The notes beneath the pieces were generated by a model. It was not told the DNA's origin, did no database searches, and worked only from the letters and a program-made list of their open reading frames with translations. From positions 73,966,001 through 74,030,000 of the forward strand of contig OX597816.1 in the NCBI GenBank assembly GCA_951406725.2: a stretch of 64,000 bases of DNA. The letters run 5' to 3'. The DNA is from Octopus vulgaris. Lineage: Eukaryota. A program made the position numbers and the translations under genes. This document shows, in pieces, positions 27,546 to 40,334 of the stretch. Within the stretch, counting starts at the first letter, position 1; every line of letters starts with the position of its first letter.

Positions 27546-28526
27546 GCAGTGAAGGGGGAGCAAAGCTAACAACAGTAACCCAGCATTGCCAAGAATTTCT
27601 AATTACTCTGATTTTCTGTGATAAAAATTGTAGGGACATTTACAAATAAATAAGTTATTAAATTGAGGCAAAATATGTTAACCAAGTTTAAAATAGCAAA
27701 GATAATTACAGAAAGCTCCTAAAGTTTGTAGGAATTTTCCTTTAGCTATCATATTTAATGGCATAAAAGACACAGTCCAATTTCAACAGCACATGTTCAG
27801 GATAAAAATGGTTTTAGCGCATTAAAATATGTAATGTTTAAAGCAACCTTGTAGATAGGATCCAAAGTGATTTTTGGGAGACATTTTTGGAAACAAAATG
27901 TTTTATTATCATCGTCATTATTATCATCACGACCTTGATGTTAATCATCATCCTTATTTAACGTCCATTTTCCATGCTGGCATGGACAGTGTGGCAGGAG
28001 CTGGTAAGGCCAGGATCCATACCAGGCTCCAATTATCTGTTTTTGCAAGGTTTCTATGGCTGGATGACCTTCCTAATGCCAACCACTGTACAAAATGTCA
28101 TGGGTGTTTTCTATGTGGCACCAGCACCGTCAGGGTCACCAAGTAACTTGCAAGACAAAAACCCTTCAGCTGGGAGGAGGCCGTAGTAGTGAGAGGAAGG
28201 TGGCTTTGTGCCAGTTGCTGATGTATACAAACACACCTATGTGTATGTATACACATGTAGGCATGCATGTGAGTATGAGTATGTACATGTTTGTGTCTCT
28301 TTGTAATAGTTGTAAATGAGTGTCACCGTCATACAAGCAGTGTTGTTCATTTCCAATGTGTTCCAATATGTTGTCAGGCTGTAGGGAAATATTAGGTTAC
28401 ATGAAAGCAGGTGATGGGTGGTGACAGGAAGGGTATCCACCTCTAGAAAAAGCTTCTCAATAAACTCTGTCCAACCCATGCAAGCATGGAAAAGTGGATG
28501 TTAAAATGATGATGTATAAATGTGTG

Positions 28527-28587
<61 letters not shown>

Positions 28588-28639
28588 AGGAGAGATAGAG
28601 AGGGAGACAAGAGACAGACAGAGATAGACAGACATATAT

Positions 28640-28990
28640 TACTTGTTTCAGTCATTAGACTGTGGCCATACTGGAGCATCACCCGGAAGGTTTTAGCTGA
28701 GCAAATCAACCTCATTACTTATTTTTTAAAGCCTGGCACTTACCGTATTGGTCTCTTTTTGCTGAGTGACTAAGTTATGGAGTCATAAACAAACCAACAC
28801 CAGTTGTCAAGTGGTGGAAGGGGGACAAACACACACATATGGTGGGCTTCTTTCAGTTCCTGTCTACCAAATCCTCTCACAAGGCTTTCCTCAGGCCAAG
28901 ATTATAATAAAAGCCACTTGCCCAAGGGGGACTGAACCCAAATCTCCATGGTTGGAAGCAAGCTTCTTAACCACACAGCCACCTCTGTGC
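28640..28990 (-). mobile_element. SINE family A (diverged)
   Basis: Reverse-complement tail, core and head. Confidence 0.75.
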
Positions 28991-29078
28991 CTATATATAC
29001 ATTTTCAGCATGTGTTGACCATCTAATTGAGACACATTAGTTCTTTTCTCTCTCCATTTATTTCTGTCCTTATGTTTT

Positions 29079-29114
29079 CTTTCTGTAGAAGAGCATATGC
29101 TCAAAATGCAAAGG
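29079..29114 (+). ncRNA. degenerate hammerhead-like motif (same family as 17704)
   Basis: CTTT-CTGTAGA-A-GAGC(atat)GCTC-AAAA-TG-CA-AAGG. Confidence 0.4.
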
Positions 29115-29409
29115 ATTTTTCCTTCTATTTTTTCTAAATGTAAACCTAATACACTTAGTCTTTTACCACATCTGTGTTTTGTATAATTTTCACATAAATC
29201 TCTACAGTAAACATTGAACACAAATCTTACTTCTATTTTGATGGTAATCCTTCTTTACTCTCAACTCCAACACATTTATTCCAGCAGAGATTCTAAAACC
29301 ATGAAGTATATATGATTTGTTTAAACTAGGCACAAATTTGTGTAGGAAAAGCAGATGGAATCAATTAAAATTGATTCCCAATAGCAACATCATCAACAAT
29401 AACAATGAT

Positions 29410-29417
29410 GATTACTA

Positions 29418-29448
<31 letters not shown>

Positions 29449-29570
29449 TACTATTATTATTACTATTACTATTATTATTATTATTGTTATTACTATTATT
29501 ATTATTATTATTACTATTACTATTACTATTATTATTATTATTATTATTACTATTATTATTATTATTGCTA
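29410..29570. repeat. (TAT/TAC)n microsatellite
   Basis: Read directly. Confidence 0.95.
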
Positions 29571-30238
29571 TTATACTGTGAATACCACTGTATCCAGCCA
29601 TAAAAAATTATAATGCAAATTTGACTTTTGGGAGAATTTTTAATTGAGAACCATTTCCACAGACATCGTAGTCGATTGCCCATCTCTGCAACTGAAAAGA
29701 GATCAAAGTACAGGATGTTAATGACTATTTTCTCTTCCTTTCTCAAATTTGTTTCTCTAGATTTTAAGCTATAAATTATATTAATAAACTATAAAATACC
29801 ATAATAAACTATAAAAAACTATAATAGAATTATATAAAAACACTATAAAATATTCTAATAAACAACATAACTATACAAGCAGGTGTGGCTGTGTGGTAAG
29901 AAGTTTGCTTCCCAACCACATGGTTCTGGGTTCAGCCCCACTGTGTGACACCTTCGTCAAGTGTCTTCTACCAAAGCCCATTGTATAGATGTATGAAAGA
30001 AGCCCACTGTATGTGTGTATGTATGCATGTGGGTGTCCATCCCCATCCCCACTTCCTTATTGGACAAACTACTTAGGAGCATTTCATTCATCTCAACAAT
30101 CTCAGTTCAAATTCTGTTGGGGTCAACTTTGCCTTTCATGCTTTCAGGGTGACTGAAATAAGTATCAGTTTTGCACTGGGGTCAATGTAATTGACTAGCT
30201 TCCAATCCCTAAAAAATCTCAGGCCTTCTTTCTATAAA

Positions 30239-30563
30239 ATTCTATATTTAAGAGATGGGGAATTATGTACATTATTTACATTATTTACATTTGACGGATA
30301 TTTGTCCTCATCTTGTTTGTTGTTAACACAAAGTTTCGGCTGATATACCCTCCAGCTTTCATCAGGTGTCTTGGAGAAATATCAAACCTGGGTTCTCATT
30401 CCTAAGGTATTTTTCGATGTTGTTGTTATTATTATTATCATTATTAAGGTCACTGACTAGAATCAGACTGCAAACCTTGGGGTTAGTAGCCCGCGCTCTT
30501 AACCAATACACCATATGCCCATGGACAAATATCCGTCAAATGTAAATAAGGTAAATAATGTAC
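30239..30563 (-). mobile_element. SINE-like family E (tRNA head + hammerhead) with an inverted tail copy at its 5' side
   Basis: Homologous to 56887-57610; hammerhead at 30325-30370; ~40-bp inverted repeat 30265-30307/30522-30563; 13-bp flanking repeat CCT(T/C)CTTTCTATA. Confidence 0.8.
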
Positions 30564-31062
30564 CTCCTTTCTATAGTGCAAACGATTATTTCATTTGATT
30601 TTGAAGGAGAAAAAAAAAATTAATGGTGTAACAGTGGGGGAGGGGAGTAACCAAGGAATATTGGCACACATACACACACACATCTGGGCCATAAATATGT
30701 TATTCCTTTTATATAGATGTCTTTTCTCTAGGGAAGTAAGGTAGGACAAATGTCGTGCTGATGATGGCCGAACTTGAAACGTATCTTCTTTATCTCCAGA
30801 CAATAAACGTCTCCTTTTTAATGACATCTCAACTCTGGAGAAATCTTGATTCTTGAGATTATTTCCCACCGTCTCATATGGAACTGGTTTTAATTACCAT
30901 TTTGTAATTATGACTCTTCTTCTGGAAGCAAATATTATTTGGATAAATCAAGAATTTATGTTGTATGGAATTTGATATCCCTGTATTTGTCTATGCTGTT
31001 CATATAAAAATAATAATAATATAATAATGAAATTATTGTGTGTATATATATATATATACAAT

Positions 31063-31453
31063 AGGCACAGGAGTGGCTATGTGGTAAGTACGTTGCTTAC
31101 CAATCACATGGTTCCAGGTTCAGCCCCACTGCATAGCACCTTTGGCAAGTGTCTTCTATTATAGCCTCGGGCTGACCAAAGCCTTGCGAGTGGATTTGAT
31201 AGACGGAAACTGGAATAAGCCCGTCATATATGTATATATATATATGTGTGTGTATATGTTTGTGTGTCTGTGTTTGTCCCCACAAACATCACTTGACAAT
31301 GGATGGTGGTGTGTTTACATCCCAGTAACTTATCATTTTGGCAAAAGAGAACCAACAGAATAAGTACTAGGCTTACAAAGAATAAGCTCTGGCTTTGATT
31401 TGTTCAACAAATGGCGGTGCTCCAGCATGGCCACAGTAAAATGACTGAAACAA

Positions 31454-31516
<63 letters not shown>

Positions 31517-31870
31517 GTAAGTAGCAGGCTTACCAATCACACAGTTCTGGGTTCAGTCCCACTGAGTGGCACCTTGGGCAAGTGTCTTCTACTATATAGC
31601 CTCAGGTCAACCAAAGTCATAGGAGAGGATTTGGTTGATGGAAACTGAAAGAAGCCCATCGTATATGTCTGTGTGTGTGTGTGTTTGTGTGTCTGTTTGT
31701 CCCCCCAACGTTGCTTGACAACCAATGCTGGTGTGCTTATGTCTCCGTAACTTAGCAGTTCAGCAAAAGAGACTGGTAGAACAAGTACTAGGCTTACAAA
31801 GAATAAGTGTTGGGGTTGATTTGTTTGGCTAAAGGCAGTGCACCAGCATGGCCACGGTCAAATGACTGAA
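31063..31870 (+). mobile_element. two tandem SINE family A copies
   Basis: Copies at 31063-31456 and ~31510-31870, separated by (TA)n. Confidence 0.85.
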
Positions 31871-32025
31871 TATTAATTAATTGGTATATACTGGTATTAA
31901 TAAAGGAGTAAAGGAACATTCTAATTATATATTAATAAAATTTTAATCTAAGCAGTATATAAAATATGAACAAAAATAAGCTAAGGGTAGTAACTCAGAG
32001 TGACCAAATGTATGTATGACTCATT

Positions 32026-32193
32026 TACTTGTTTCAGTCATTTTACTGTGGCCATGCTGGAGCACCGCCATTTGTTGAACAAATCAAAGCCAGAGCTTAT
32101 TCTTTGTAAGCCTAGTACTTATTCTGTTGGTTCTCTTTTGCCAAAATGATAAGTTACTGGGATGTAAACACACCACCATCCATTGTCAAGTGA
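32026..32193 (-). repeat. perfect inverted copy of 31289-31456
   Basis: 168 bp identical by eye, including private substitutions. Confidence 0.9.
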
Positions 32194-33100
32194 AACATGG
32201 ACTGTGACTGCTGAGGACATGCATAAGCTTACAAGGAATTAAGCTAGTATGCTCCACTTGATGTGTAATGTCAGTGTATATACACGACAGAGTGTAAGTG
32301 CCCTGAGAGAAAAGTTGGACATAAGAAGCATTAGAGATGACTGCACTGGTATGGTCATGTGTTGCATATGAGTGAGGAGAGCTGTGTAAAAAAGTGTCAC
32401 ACCCTAGCAGTAGAGAGAATCTGTGGAAGAAGTAGACCCAGGAAGACCTGGGATGAGGTGGTGAAGCACAATCTTCGAACACTGAGCCTCACTAAGGCAA
32501 TAACAAGTGACCAAGACCTTTAGAGATAGGCTGTGCTTGAGAAAACCCAGCAAGCCAAGTGAGACCAGCACCTGTGGCCTATGCCAGTGTAGCATAATCA
32601 GCCCATTTAAGAGTACCCTTCAATCATTGGGCAATAAACTGCGCTTGTGAAGACCTGTTGAGGCAAGTGAAATCATTGTCGTGGTCAATGACAGTACCGC
32701 CTAATTGGCACCCGTGCCAGTGGCACATTAAAAGCACCATTCGAGCGTAATCGCTGCCAGTTCTGCCTGGTTGGCTCCCATACCAGTGGTACATATAAAA
32801 CACCATTCAAGCATGGTCATTGCCAGTGCTGCCCGACTGGCTCCTTTGCCGGTGGCTTGTAAAAAGCACCATTTGAGCATGGTCAATGCCAGTACCATCT
32901 GACTGACCCTCGTGCTGTTGGCACGTAAAAAGCACCCACTACACTCTAGGAACGGTTGGTGTTAAGAAGGGCATCCAGCTGTAGAAACTCTGCCAGGCCA
33001 GATCAAATAGGAACCTGGTGCATCCTTCTGGCTTGCCAGCCCTCAATCAAACCGCCCAGCCCATGCCAGCATGGGAAACGGACATTAAACGATGATGATG
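32189..33100 (+). mobile_element. 5'-truncated RTE LINE
   Basis: Starts at SETW-VTAEDM codons, colinear with 40688-41633; UTR repeats and (GAT)n tail. Confidence 0.88.
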
Positions 33101-33429
33101 AAATAATTACTGTGCTTGAGGAGACACATCAAGCTAAGTGAAGTTGTGGTTGTGGCAATAGCAGTGACACATGAATGACACCTGTGCTGGTGACACTGAA
33201 AAGGCACCCATGCCAGTGACATGTAAAGGACCCCCAATATATTCTGTGGTGTGGTTAGGGTTAGGAAAGGCATCCAGCTATAGAAACCAAGTCAAAATGG
33301 ATAATGGAACTTGGTACAGCCCCTGGCCTTACCAGTTCCTGTCTAACCATCCAACCCATGCCAGCATGGAAAACAGATGTAAAATGATGATGATGATGGC
33401 AACATGCACATATGTGTGTATATATCCTC

Positions 33430-33980
33430 AGGCATAGGATTGGTTCTGTGATTAAGAATTTTCTACCCAACCACATGGTTTTATATCCTGCTCCACTGCC
33501 TGGTACCTTGGGCAAGTGTTTCTACTATAGCCCTAAGCTGACTAAAGCCTTGTGAGTAGATTTGGTAGACGGAAACTGAAAGAAGCTTGTGTGTGTGTGT
33601 GTGTGTGTGTGCAAATGCATGCGTGCATGTATGTGTGTGAGAGAATGCACATGCATGTGTGTGTGTGGTGTATGTGTTTATGTTTGTGTGTGCACGTGTG
33701 CGCATGCATGTGTATGTGTGTGCATGCATGTGTGTGCATGTATGTCTGGTGTGTGTGTGTGTGTTTTGCGTGATAATTGTAAATGCATGCTACTATCCTA
33801 GTGGCAGTGTCCTTCATTTGCAATATTCTGTGAAAGCATGTCTGGCCATGGGAAATACCACCTTACTTGGAAACAAGTAAGGGCTGGCAACAGGAAGAGC
33901 ATCCAGTTGTGGAAAATCTGCCTCAATAAAATCTATCTGACCCATGCAAGCATGGAAAAGCGGACATTAAAATGATGAAT
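33430..33980 (+). mobile_element. SINE A2 (family A head/core with RTE-type tail)
   Basis: Family A head and core, then a tail ending CCCATGCAAGCATGGAAAAGCGGACATTAAAATGATGA; related copies near 42818-43210, 45190-45590 (-) and 58190-59110. Confidence 0.75.
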
Positions 33981-34439
33981 CCTGATCATCATCAACATAA
34001 CCAAAATTCTACGTCCATTCTTCCATGGAGGCACAGGCCACACAAGACTCTTTGAAGTAATGTTTTGTGACCCAATAACCTTTCTAACACCATCCCTTTC
34101 AGTCACCTTCTATGGTACACTGAGACACAATGTTCCTATCTCCTAATGAATTTCCCCACATTTTTTCATTAGCCACCTTACACTCACAAGACTTTGGTTG
34201 ACACGAGTCTGTGATAGAACTAACTTGCACAAAATGCCAGAGGATGAGATTGAAACCAGAACCACAGGACTGCAAAGTAAACATTTAAACCACACAGCTG
34301 CAGGCAAATCTTCAGCCACACTATTCTATATTTATAAGAAGTGCAGCAAATGTGAGATGTGCAGTAGCTAAGCTGCAATGTTAGTTAAGACATTATACAG
34401 AAGTTGAAAAAATAACCAAAATATTTAAGCAAAACAGCT

Positions 34440-34736
34440 CTCTCTCTCCATCTCTTTCTTTCTTTCTCTCAGTCTTACTTCCTCTCTATTTTTCTCAATC
34501 TTTATCTCTCTCACTGTATTTCTGTCTTTCCTTCTCTATCTTTCCATGTCTCTTTCTCTCAAGATCTCTCTCTCTTTCTCTCTTTGTTTTTCTCCATGTC
34601 TCTTGATTACCTGACTTTCTCTCTCCCTCCCTCTCCCCCCTCTCTCTATCTATCTATCTCTTCTCTTTCTGACTCTCTTAATCTGTCTACTCTCTCACTC
34701 TCTTACTGTCTCCTTTAATCTTTGTAGTCATCCCTC

Positions 34737-34784
<48 letters not shown>

Positions 34785-34815
34785 ATACCTTCTCTCTCTC
34801 CACCTCTCTCTCTCT
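34440..34815. repeat. polypyrimidine (CT-rich) tract
   Basis: Read directly. Confidence 0.9.
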
Positions 34816-35384
34816 ATTATAAATTCCTCATGAAGATGAATTCTAAGAAAGCTAATCTTAGAATTCCAATATGATTGAGACGAAGATAACTGCCGAAATA
34901 TTCAACAGAACATGGTTGGAATGGAATGCACCACTGCACACTAACAACATGGCAGAAGTCAAATGATCATCATCATCATCATCAACAACAACAACAGGAA
35001 TAAATTGCTGAGCAAGATGGCATCTTCCAGTCCATCAAGGAAGGTAGTAACTTCAAATAAGAAAACTGACTCAAACAAAGACAACCTTTTTGACCAATGG
35101 CAGCATGGAAAGTGGACAAAAGATGATGATGATGACAATGATTACGATGAAGATGATGATGACGATGATGACAACGACAATGACAACAATGGCGACAATG
35201 ATGATGACGATGATAATGACAATGATGACGACGATGACAATGATGATGATAACGACAACGACGACGATGGTACTGATGATGCCTCTTCTGCTACCAATGA
35301 TGACAGAGACATCAAAATGATAATGACACTGACAAAGATGATGATGATGACTGACAAAGTTGATGATAAAAATGGTGATATTAC

Positions 35385-35748
35385 TCTTTTACTTGTTTCA
35401 GTCATTTGATTGTGGCCATGCTGGAGCACCGCCTGTAGTCGAGCAGATCGACCCCAGGACTTATTCTTTGTAAGCCTAGTATTTATTCCATCAGTCTCTT
35501 TTAGCCGAACCACTAAATTACAGGGACATAAACACACCAGCATCGGTTGTCAAGCGATGTTGGGGGCGGGGGGTGAGAACAGACACAGACACACAAATAT
35601 ACACATATACATATATACGACGGGCTTCTTATAGTTTCTGTCTACCAAATCCACTCACAGGCTTTGGTCGGCCTGAGGCTATAGTAGAAGACACTTTGCC
35701 CAAGGTGCCACACAGTGGGAATGAACCTGGAACCATGTGGTTGGTAAC
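35385..35748 (-). mobile_element. SINE family A inside a (GAT/GAC)n tract
   Basis: Reverse-complement tail and core; flanked by GAT-rich repeats spanning 35120-35910. Confidence 0.8.
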
Positions 35749-37589
35749 AATGATGATGATGATGACAGTTACACTGAAGATGATATCAACAAAGATTAAG
35801 ATGATGACGACCATAATGAAGAGGATGGCAATGATGACAACAATAACGCCGCCATTGGAGATGAAAATGGCAACAACAATGGTATGATGATGACAATGGT
35901 GCTGATAATGATAGAAATTTCATCCAGGATTTGAACTCATACCATAGAGAGGTGAAACTAACTCTGCCAAGCATCTTCCTTACCTTTTATCACTTGTTTC
36001 AGTCATTAGACGGTGGCCATGCTGCAGCACTGCCACAAAGAATCTTCAGTCGAATGAATCAATCAGCACAGGATAATTTTTTGCTTTTTAAGCCTTATAC
36101 TTTACTCTATCAATCTCATTTGCTGCACCAAGTTACAGGGATGTCAACTGGTGGAGGGGGACAAACAGAAACACACACACACAAAGGGCTTCTGTCAGTT
36201 TCCATCAATCAAATCCACTCCCAACACTTTGGTTGGGTCAGGGCACCAGCAGAAAACACTGGCACAAGGACCATACAATGGCAAACTTCTTAACCACACA
36301 GCCATGTCTGTCTCTCAGCTCTCCATAAATGAGAGAGTCAACCACATTGTTCAGGGTTCAGTCCCACTGAGTGGCACCTTGGGCAAGTGTCTTCTTCCAT
36401 AGCTCCAGGCTGACCAAAGCCTTGTGAATGGACTTGGTAGGCAGAAACTGAAAGAAGCTCGTAAATATATCGTCACCATTATCATCCTTTAATGTCCATT
36501 TTCCAGCTTGTGTGTGTACGTGCACGCGTGCATGTGTGTAAATGTGTGTATGTTCCTCCACCACTTGTCGACTGGTGTCAGTGTATTTACATCCTCATAT
36601 AAAACAGGCTACATTCAGTTTCCATCTACCAAATCCACTCACAAGACTTTGGTCAGCCTGAGGCGATAGTAGAAGACACTTGTCCAAGATGACATGCAAT
36701 GGGACTGAACCCAGAACAATGTGGTTGGGAAGCAAACTTCTTACCACACAGCCACACCTGCATTGGCTTGGTTCCTTTTTCTTTATGAATTCCTCAAAGG
36801 ATAAAAAGCAAAGTTGACCTTGGCAGGCTTTGAACACAGAACATAGAGGGTCAGAACAAATATCACATAGCATTCTATCCAACACTTCAATGATGGCTAA
36901 TTCAATGTCTCAGAGAAGAATTACAAACAGGAATTTGTCTAGAATATTCTGTTTTCAACATGAAAACAATGGATAAGGATGTGAACAGCAATCTGAAGTA
37001 GTTAAAAGTCTGGAACGATAAGTGTCACTTGAGGAGGAATTCCAAGAATTTGGCACACCGTGTCCAACAATACTTTAGTCATTTGTTTTTAATTTGAAAC
37101 AGATGGAAAATTTAGACATGGAACCAGGTGCAGTTAGACAATATCAAAAATGACAAAATATTATAATTCATTAAAAATCTTGCATGTAGTGAAGAAAAAA
37201 TATTGTATTCAGAATAATGGTTGAAGTAAATTTATCATTTTGAATGAATTCTTTATTCAATTTTCTCCATGACAAAATCCGGTGAATGGCTTTCTTTCAG
37301 GTTCAAAAATGCCTCAAAAATATTTAAACTGGAAACGGGTTTGTATTTATACACATCACTGCTTAGCACTGTCACCCTGCCTTTCTTGGTTCACCATGTT
37401 GACTCTTTTAATACCAATTTGCCCAAGAGTGTCTTGGATCTTTAATACAAACTTCCTGTTTTAAAGTGATTTAATTAAAGCTTTCCTCAAAATTTCATGT
37501 TAATTTATGCTTCCAACGACAAAGACATTTTACCAAATTCCTCGTGATTTTCAAAATTAATTGCTTCCCATTCATTTGCTGTAAACTGG

Positions 37590-37960
37590 AACTTTGTTGG
37601 TTAAGACGATGAGTGTTCCAGTCAATCCGATTAACAGAACAGTAACTGGCTTTTCTTGGTTACAATGGTGTGGGTTCCAGTCGATCCGATTAACAGAACA
37701 GTCTGCTCATGAAATTCACATGCAAGTGGCTGAGAACTCCACAGATACATGTGCCCTTGACACAGTTCTTAGGGTGTTTCGGTGTAACATAGAGTGTGTT
37801 ATGGCTGGCCCCTTTGAATTACAGGTACAACTCATTTTTGCCTGCTGAGTGTAGAGGAGCTATGTAAAATAAAGGGACTTGCCCAAGGGCGCAATGTGCT
37901 GCTGGGAATCAAACTCACAACATGAGCCAATTACCCTAAACACAAATCCAGGCACCTTCC
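37590..37960 (-). mobile_element. tRNA-derived SINE family F (CpG-decayed)
   Basis: Colinear with 51782-52100. Confidence 0.75.
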
Positions 37961-38291
37961 ATTTGCTTTATGGATGTTGAAACTGCACCTTCCATTTGCT
38001 TTATGGATGTCTGAGACTGTTGAAACTCAGTCCAATGATCATTTAAGTTTCTCTCCATATCTTTCATTTATAAATGATCATAGGTATGTTATCCCCTTTG
38101 TCTGTCTTTTCCCACTCACAGTCATGCTTCAGCCTCTGACCCAGAAATAGGCTGTATCCTCTTTCTGTCTTTCCCAATGCTCCTTTAATGGCCCCTGTTC
38201 CTTGGAACTGGCCGGTTTCGTAATTCTCCAACTCAGGTAGCCTTAACTACCCCCCTCCACCTTTGTAGTATTCAACTCCCTCAAATCACAC

Positions 38292-38322
<31 letters not shown>

Positions 38323-38789
38323 TTCGTTTTACATCTTCATTCCATGCTGATATGGGCCATACACATTATTTGGGGCCATTGCTCTCTTAGACTGGTGCTC
38401 TAATGAGTCATCTGACTTGGCTTCTGTGGCTGGATGCCCTCCCAATCACCAACCACTTTACAGATTGTGGACTGGATGCATTTTCTTTTGGCACCAACAC
38501 CACAGAGGTTGATAAGCCTGCAGTAAGACAGGACTAAAAGAGATCTCACATCCTTGTCTTTTCTCTGCTGCCTTTATCATCAACTTTATAGTGTGTATTG
38601 GGTGCAAATAAACATGATTGTTACAACTGCAGCACCACTGATCATAGGTCTTCCTGGTCAAGGCTGTCCTAGGGCTAATCAACAACATGAACAAAAGAAA
38701 AATAACTAACAGAAACTGTTGTTGGTTATTACTCAAGATGTGACGAAGACTGTGCTTAATGTGATGAGGAATAACTGGCTTTTGTTTTG

Positions 38790-39243
38790 TTTTCTAGTAA
38801 GTTGTAAAAAGCACCTGTGCTGGTGACACATATACAACACCCGTGCTGGTGCCATGTATAGAGCACCTGTGTTGGTGCCATGTAAAGAACACCCATACCA
38901 GTGTCACATAAAAAGAACCCGTGCTGGTGCCACGTATACAAAAACCCATGCTGGTGCCATGTAAAGAATACCCATACCAGTGTCACATAAAAAGCATCTG
39001 TGCTGGTGCCACGTATACAAAACCTATGCTGGTGCCATGTAAAGAATACCCATACCAGTGTCACATAAGAAGAACCTGTGTTGGTGCCACATAAAAAGCA
39101 CCCAGTACACTCAGTAAAGTGGTTAGTGTAAGGAAGGGCATCCAGCCATACAAACCATACCAAAAAAAGACAATTGGCCACCTCCTGTCAGACCGTCCAA
39201 CCCATGCCAAAACAGAAAATGGATGTTAAATGATGATGATGAG
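38790..39243 (+). mobile_element. RTE-type 3' end with expanded ~22-bp minisatellite
   Basis: Repeated CTGGTGCCATGTAAAGAA / CAGTGTCACATAAAAAG units followed by the RTE tail. Confidence 0.75.
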
Positions 39244-39659
39244 GGTGATAAGTTAGTCAAAGATAATTAGCTATACCCTGCACAGACCCCTTATTCTCCA
39301 CGACTGAAACGATCGATGCTCCTGAGGTCTAATCCAAAATTCTACAACTCAGTGTCTGCAAGAAAAATATGCAGGGAAGGGTGCAGTGTTTTAAAATGAA
39401 AGTAGACACAGATTTCCCCAACACCAATTCTAGAACATTCTCATCATTCCATTACAACATTTCAAGTGAGTGATCAAATGGTTGTTTTCATTAGTTTGGT
39501 AACAGAAGCCACAAGTTTGAGCACTGAAAGTATTTGATAAACCAGCTGCCTTTTATTCAATTTCCTGTTTTAACTTAAGAAATATTAATATGATGATATT
39601 AATATCATCATCCTCATTAGCATAATAATCATCATCATAACCATCATCATCATCATCCT

Positions 39660-40245
39660 TTAATTTGTTAGCATTTAAACTGACCACTTCTGGCCCAAAT
39701 ATTCTCCCTCTTTATGTTCAAACTGGCCAGAACCAGCATCTCCTACAATGTTATTCTTAGAATATATAATCACATCATTGAAACCTCAAAGCTACAAGAC
39801 AAAGTATGATTATTTCAAAATAATGTAAACAAGAGCACTCAGAAAGCACAAACCCCCATCAAGGCAACACTAACGTCCTCTCAACGATTGGCCAGAGATG
39901 ATTTTTAAAATGAGAATATCTAAAATAAACTCAACTGCTCTCACAAATGAGAATACTAAAAATAAACCCGACCGCTCTCAAAAATTAAGTAAAAAAACAG
40001 AAAAAATAATCCAGAATCCTTGTCCGGTACCATATCGATCCCAAAATCTAATCAGTTCATGCCAGTCACAAGGCCAAACATCCCTGAAAGTTTCATCTGA
40101 ATCCATCCAGTGGTTCTTGAAATATCTTGTCCACAGACAAATAAACAAACAAACACAACTGAAAACAATACTTCTGCCTTTGCTAAGGTGGAGGTAATAA
40201 ATAAGCATCACATTTGACAAAATAATCTGAATGCTAAAAGGTTAA
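39660..40245. mobile_element. TTAA-type MITE containing a nested Helentron-like (HINE) element at 39827-40196
   Basis: Outer ends TTAA...TTAGCATT / AATGCTAAAAGG-TTAA; inner element AACAAGAGCACTCAG... ends in hairpin CTTCTGCCTT-TGCT-AAGGTGGAGG. Confidence 0.6.
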
Positions 40246-40334
40246 GATGGTGTTTTGAACATAAATTAACATGAAATTTTGATGGAAGGTTTTAGTTTAG
40301 ATCACTTTAACCCTTTTGTTACCATATTGAAATA

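Noticed and set aside
30758-30790. Additional hammerhead (CTGATGA...GAAACGTA)
   Set aside because: Stems I and II cannot be formed convincingly
34838-34866. 11-bp perfect hairpin GAATTCTAAGA/TCTTAGAATTC as a ribozyme stem or terminator
   Set aside because: No GAAA core follows and no U-tract; isolated short palindrome
34963-35409. Asp-rich 148-aa ORF
   Set aside because: Made of an RTE-like tail, a (GAT/GAC)n tract and the end of a SINE
38810-39100. WHQH-repeat protein (141-aa ORF on the minus strand)
   Set aside because: Translation of a ~22-bp minisatellite inside an RTE-type 3' UTR
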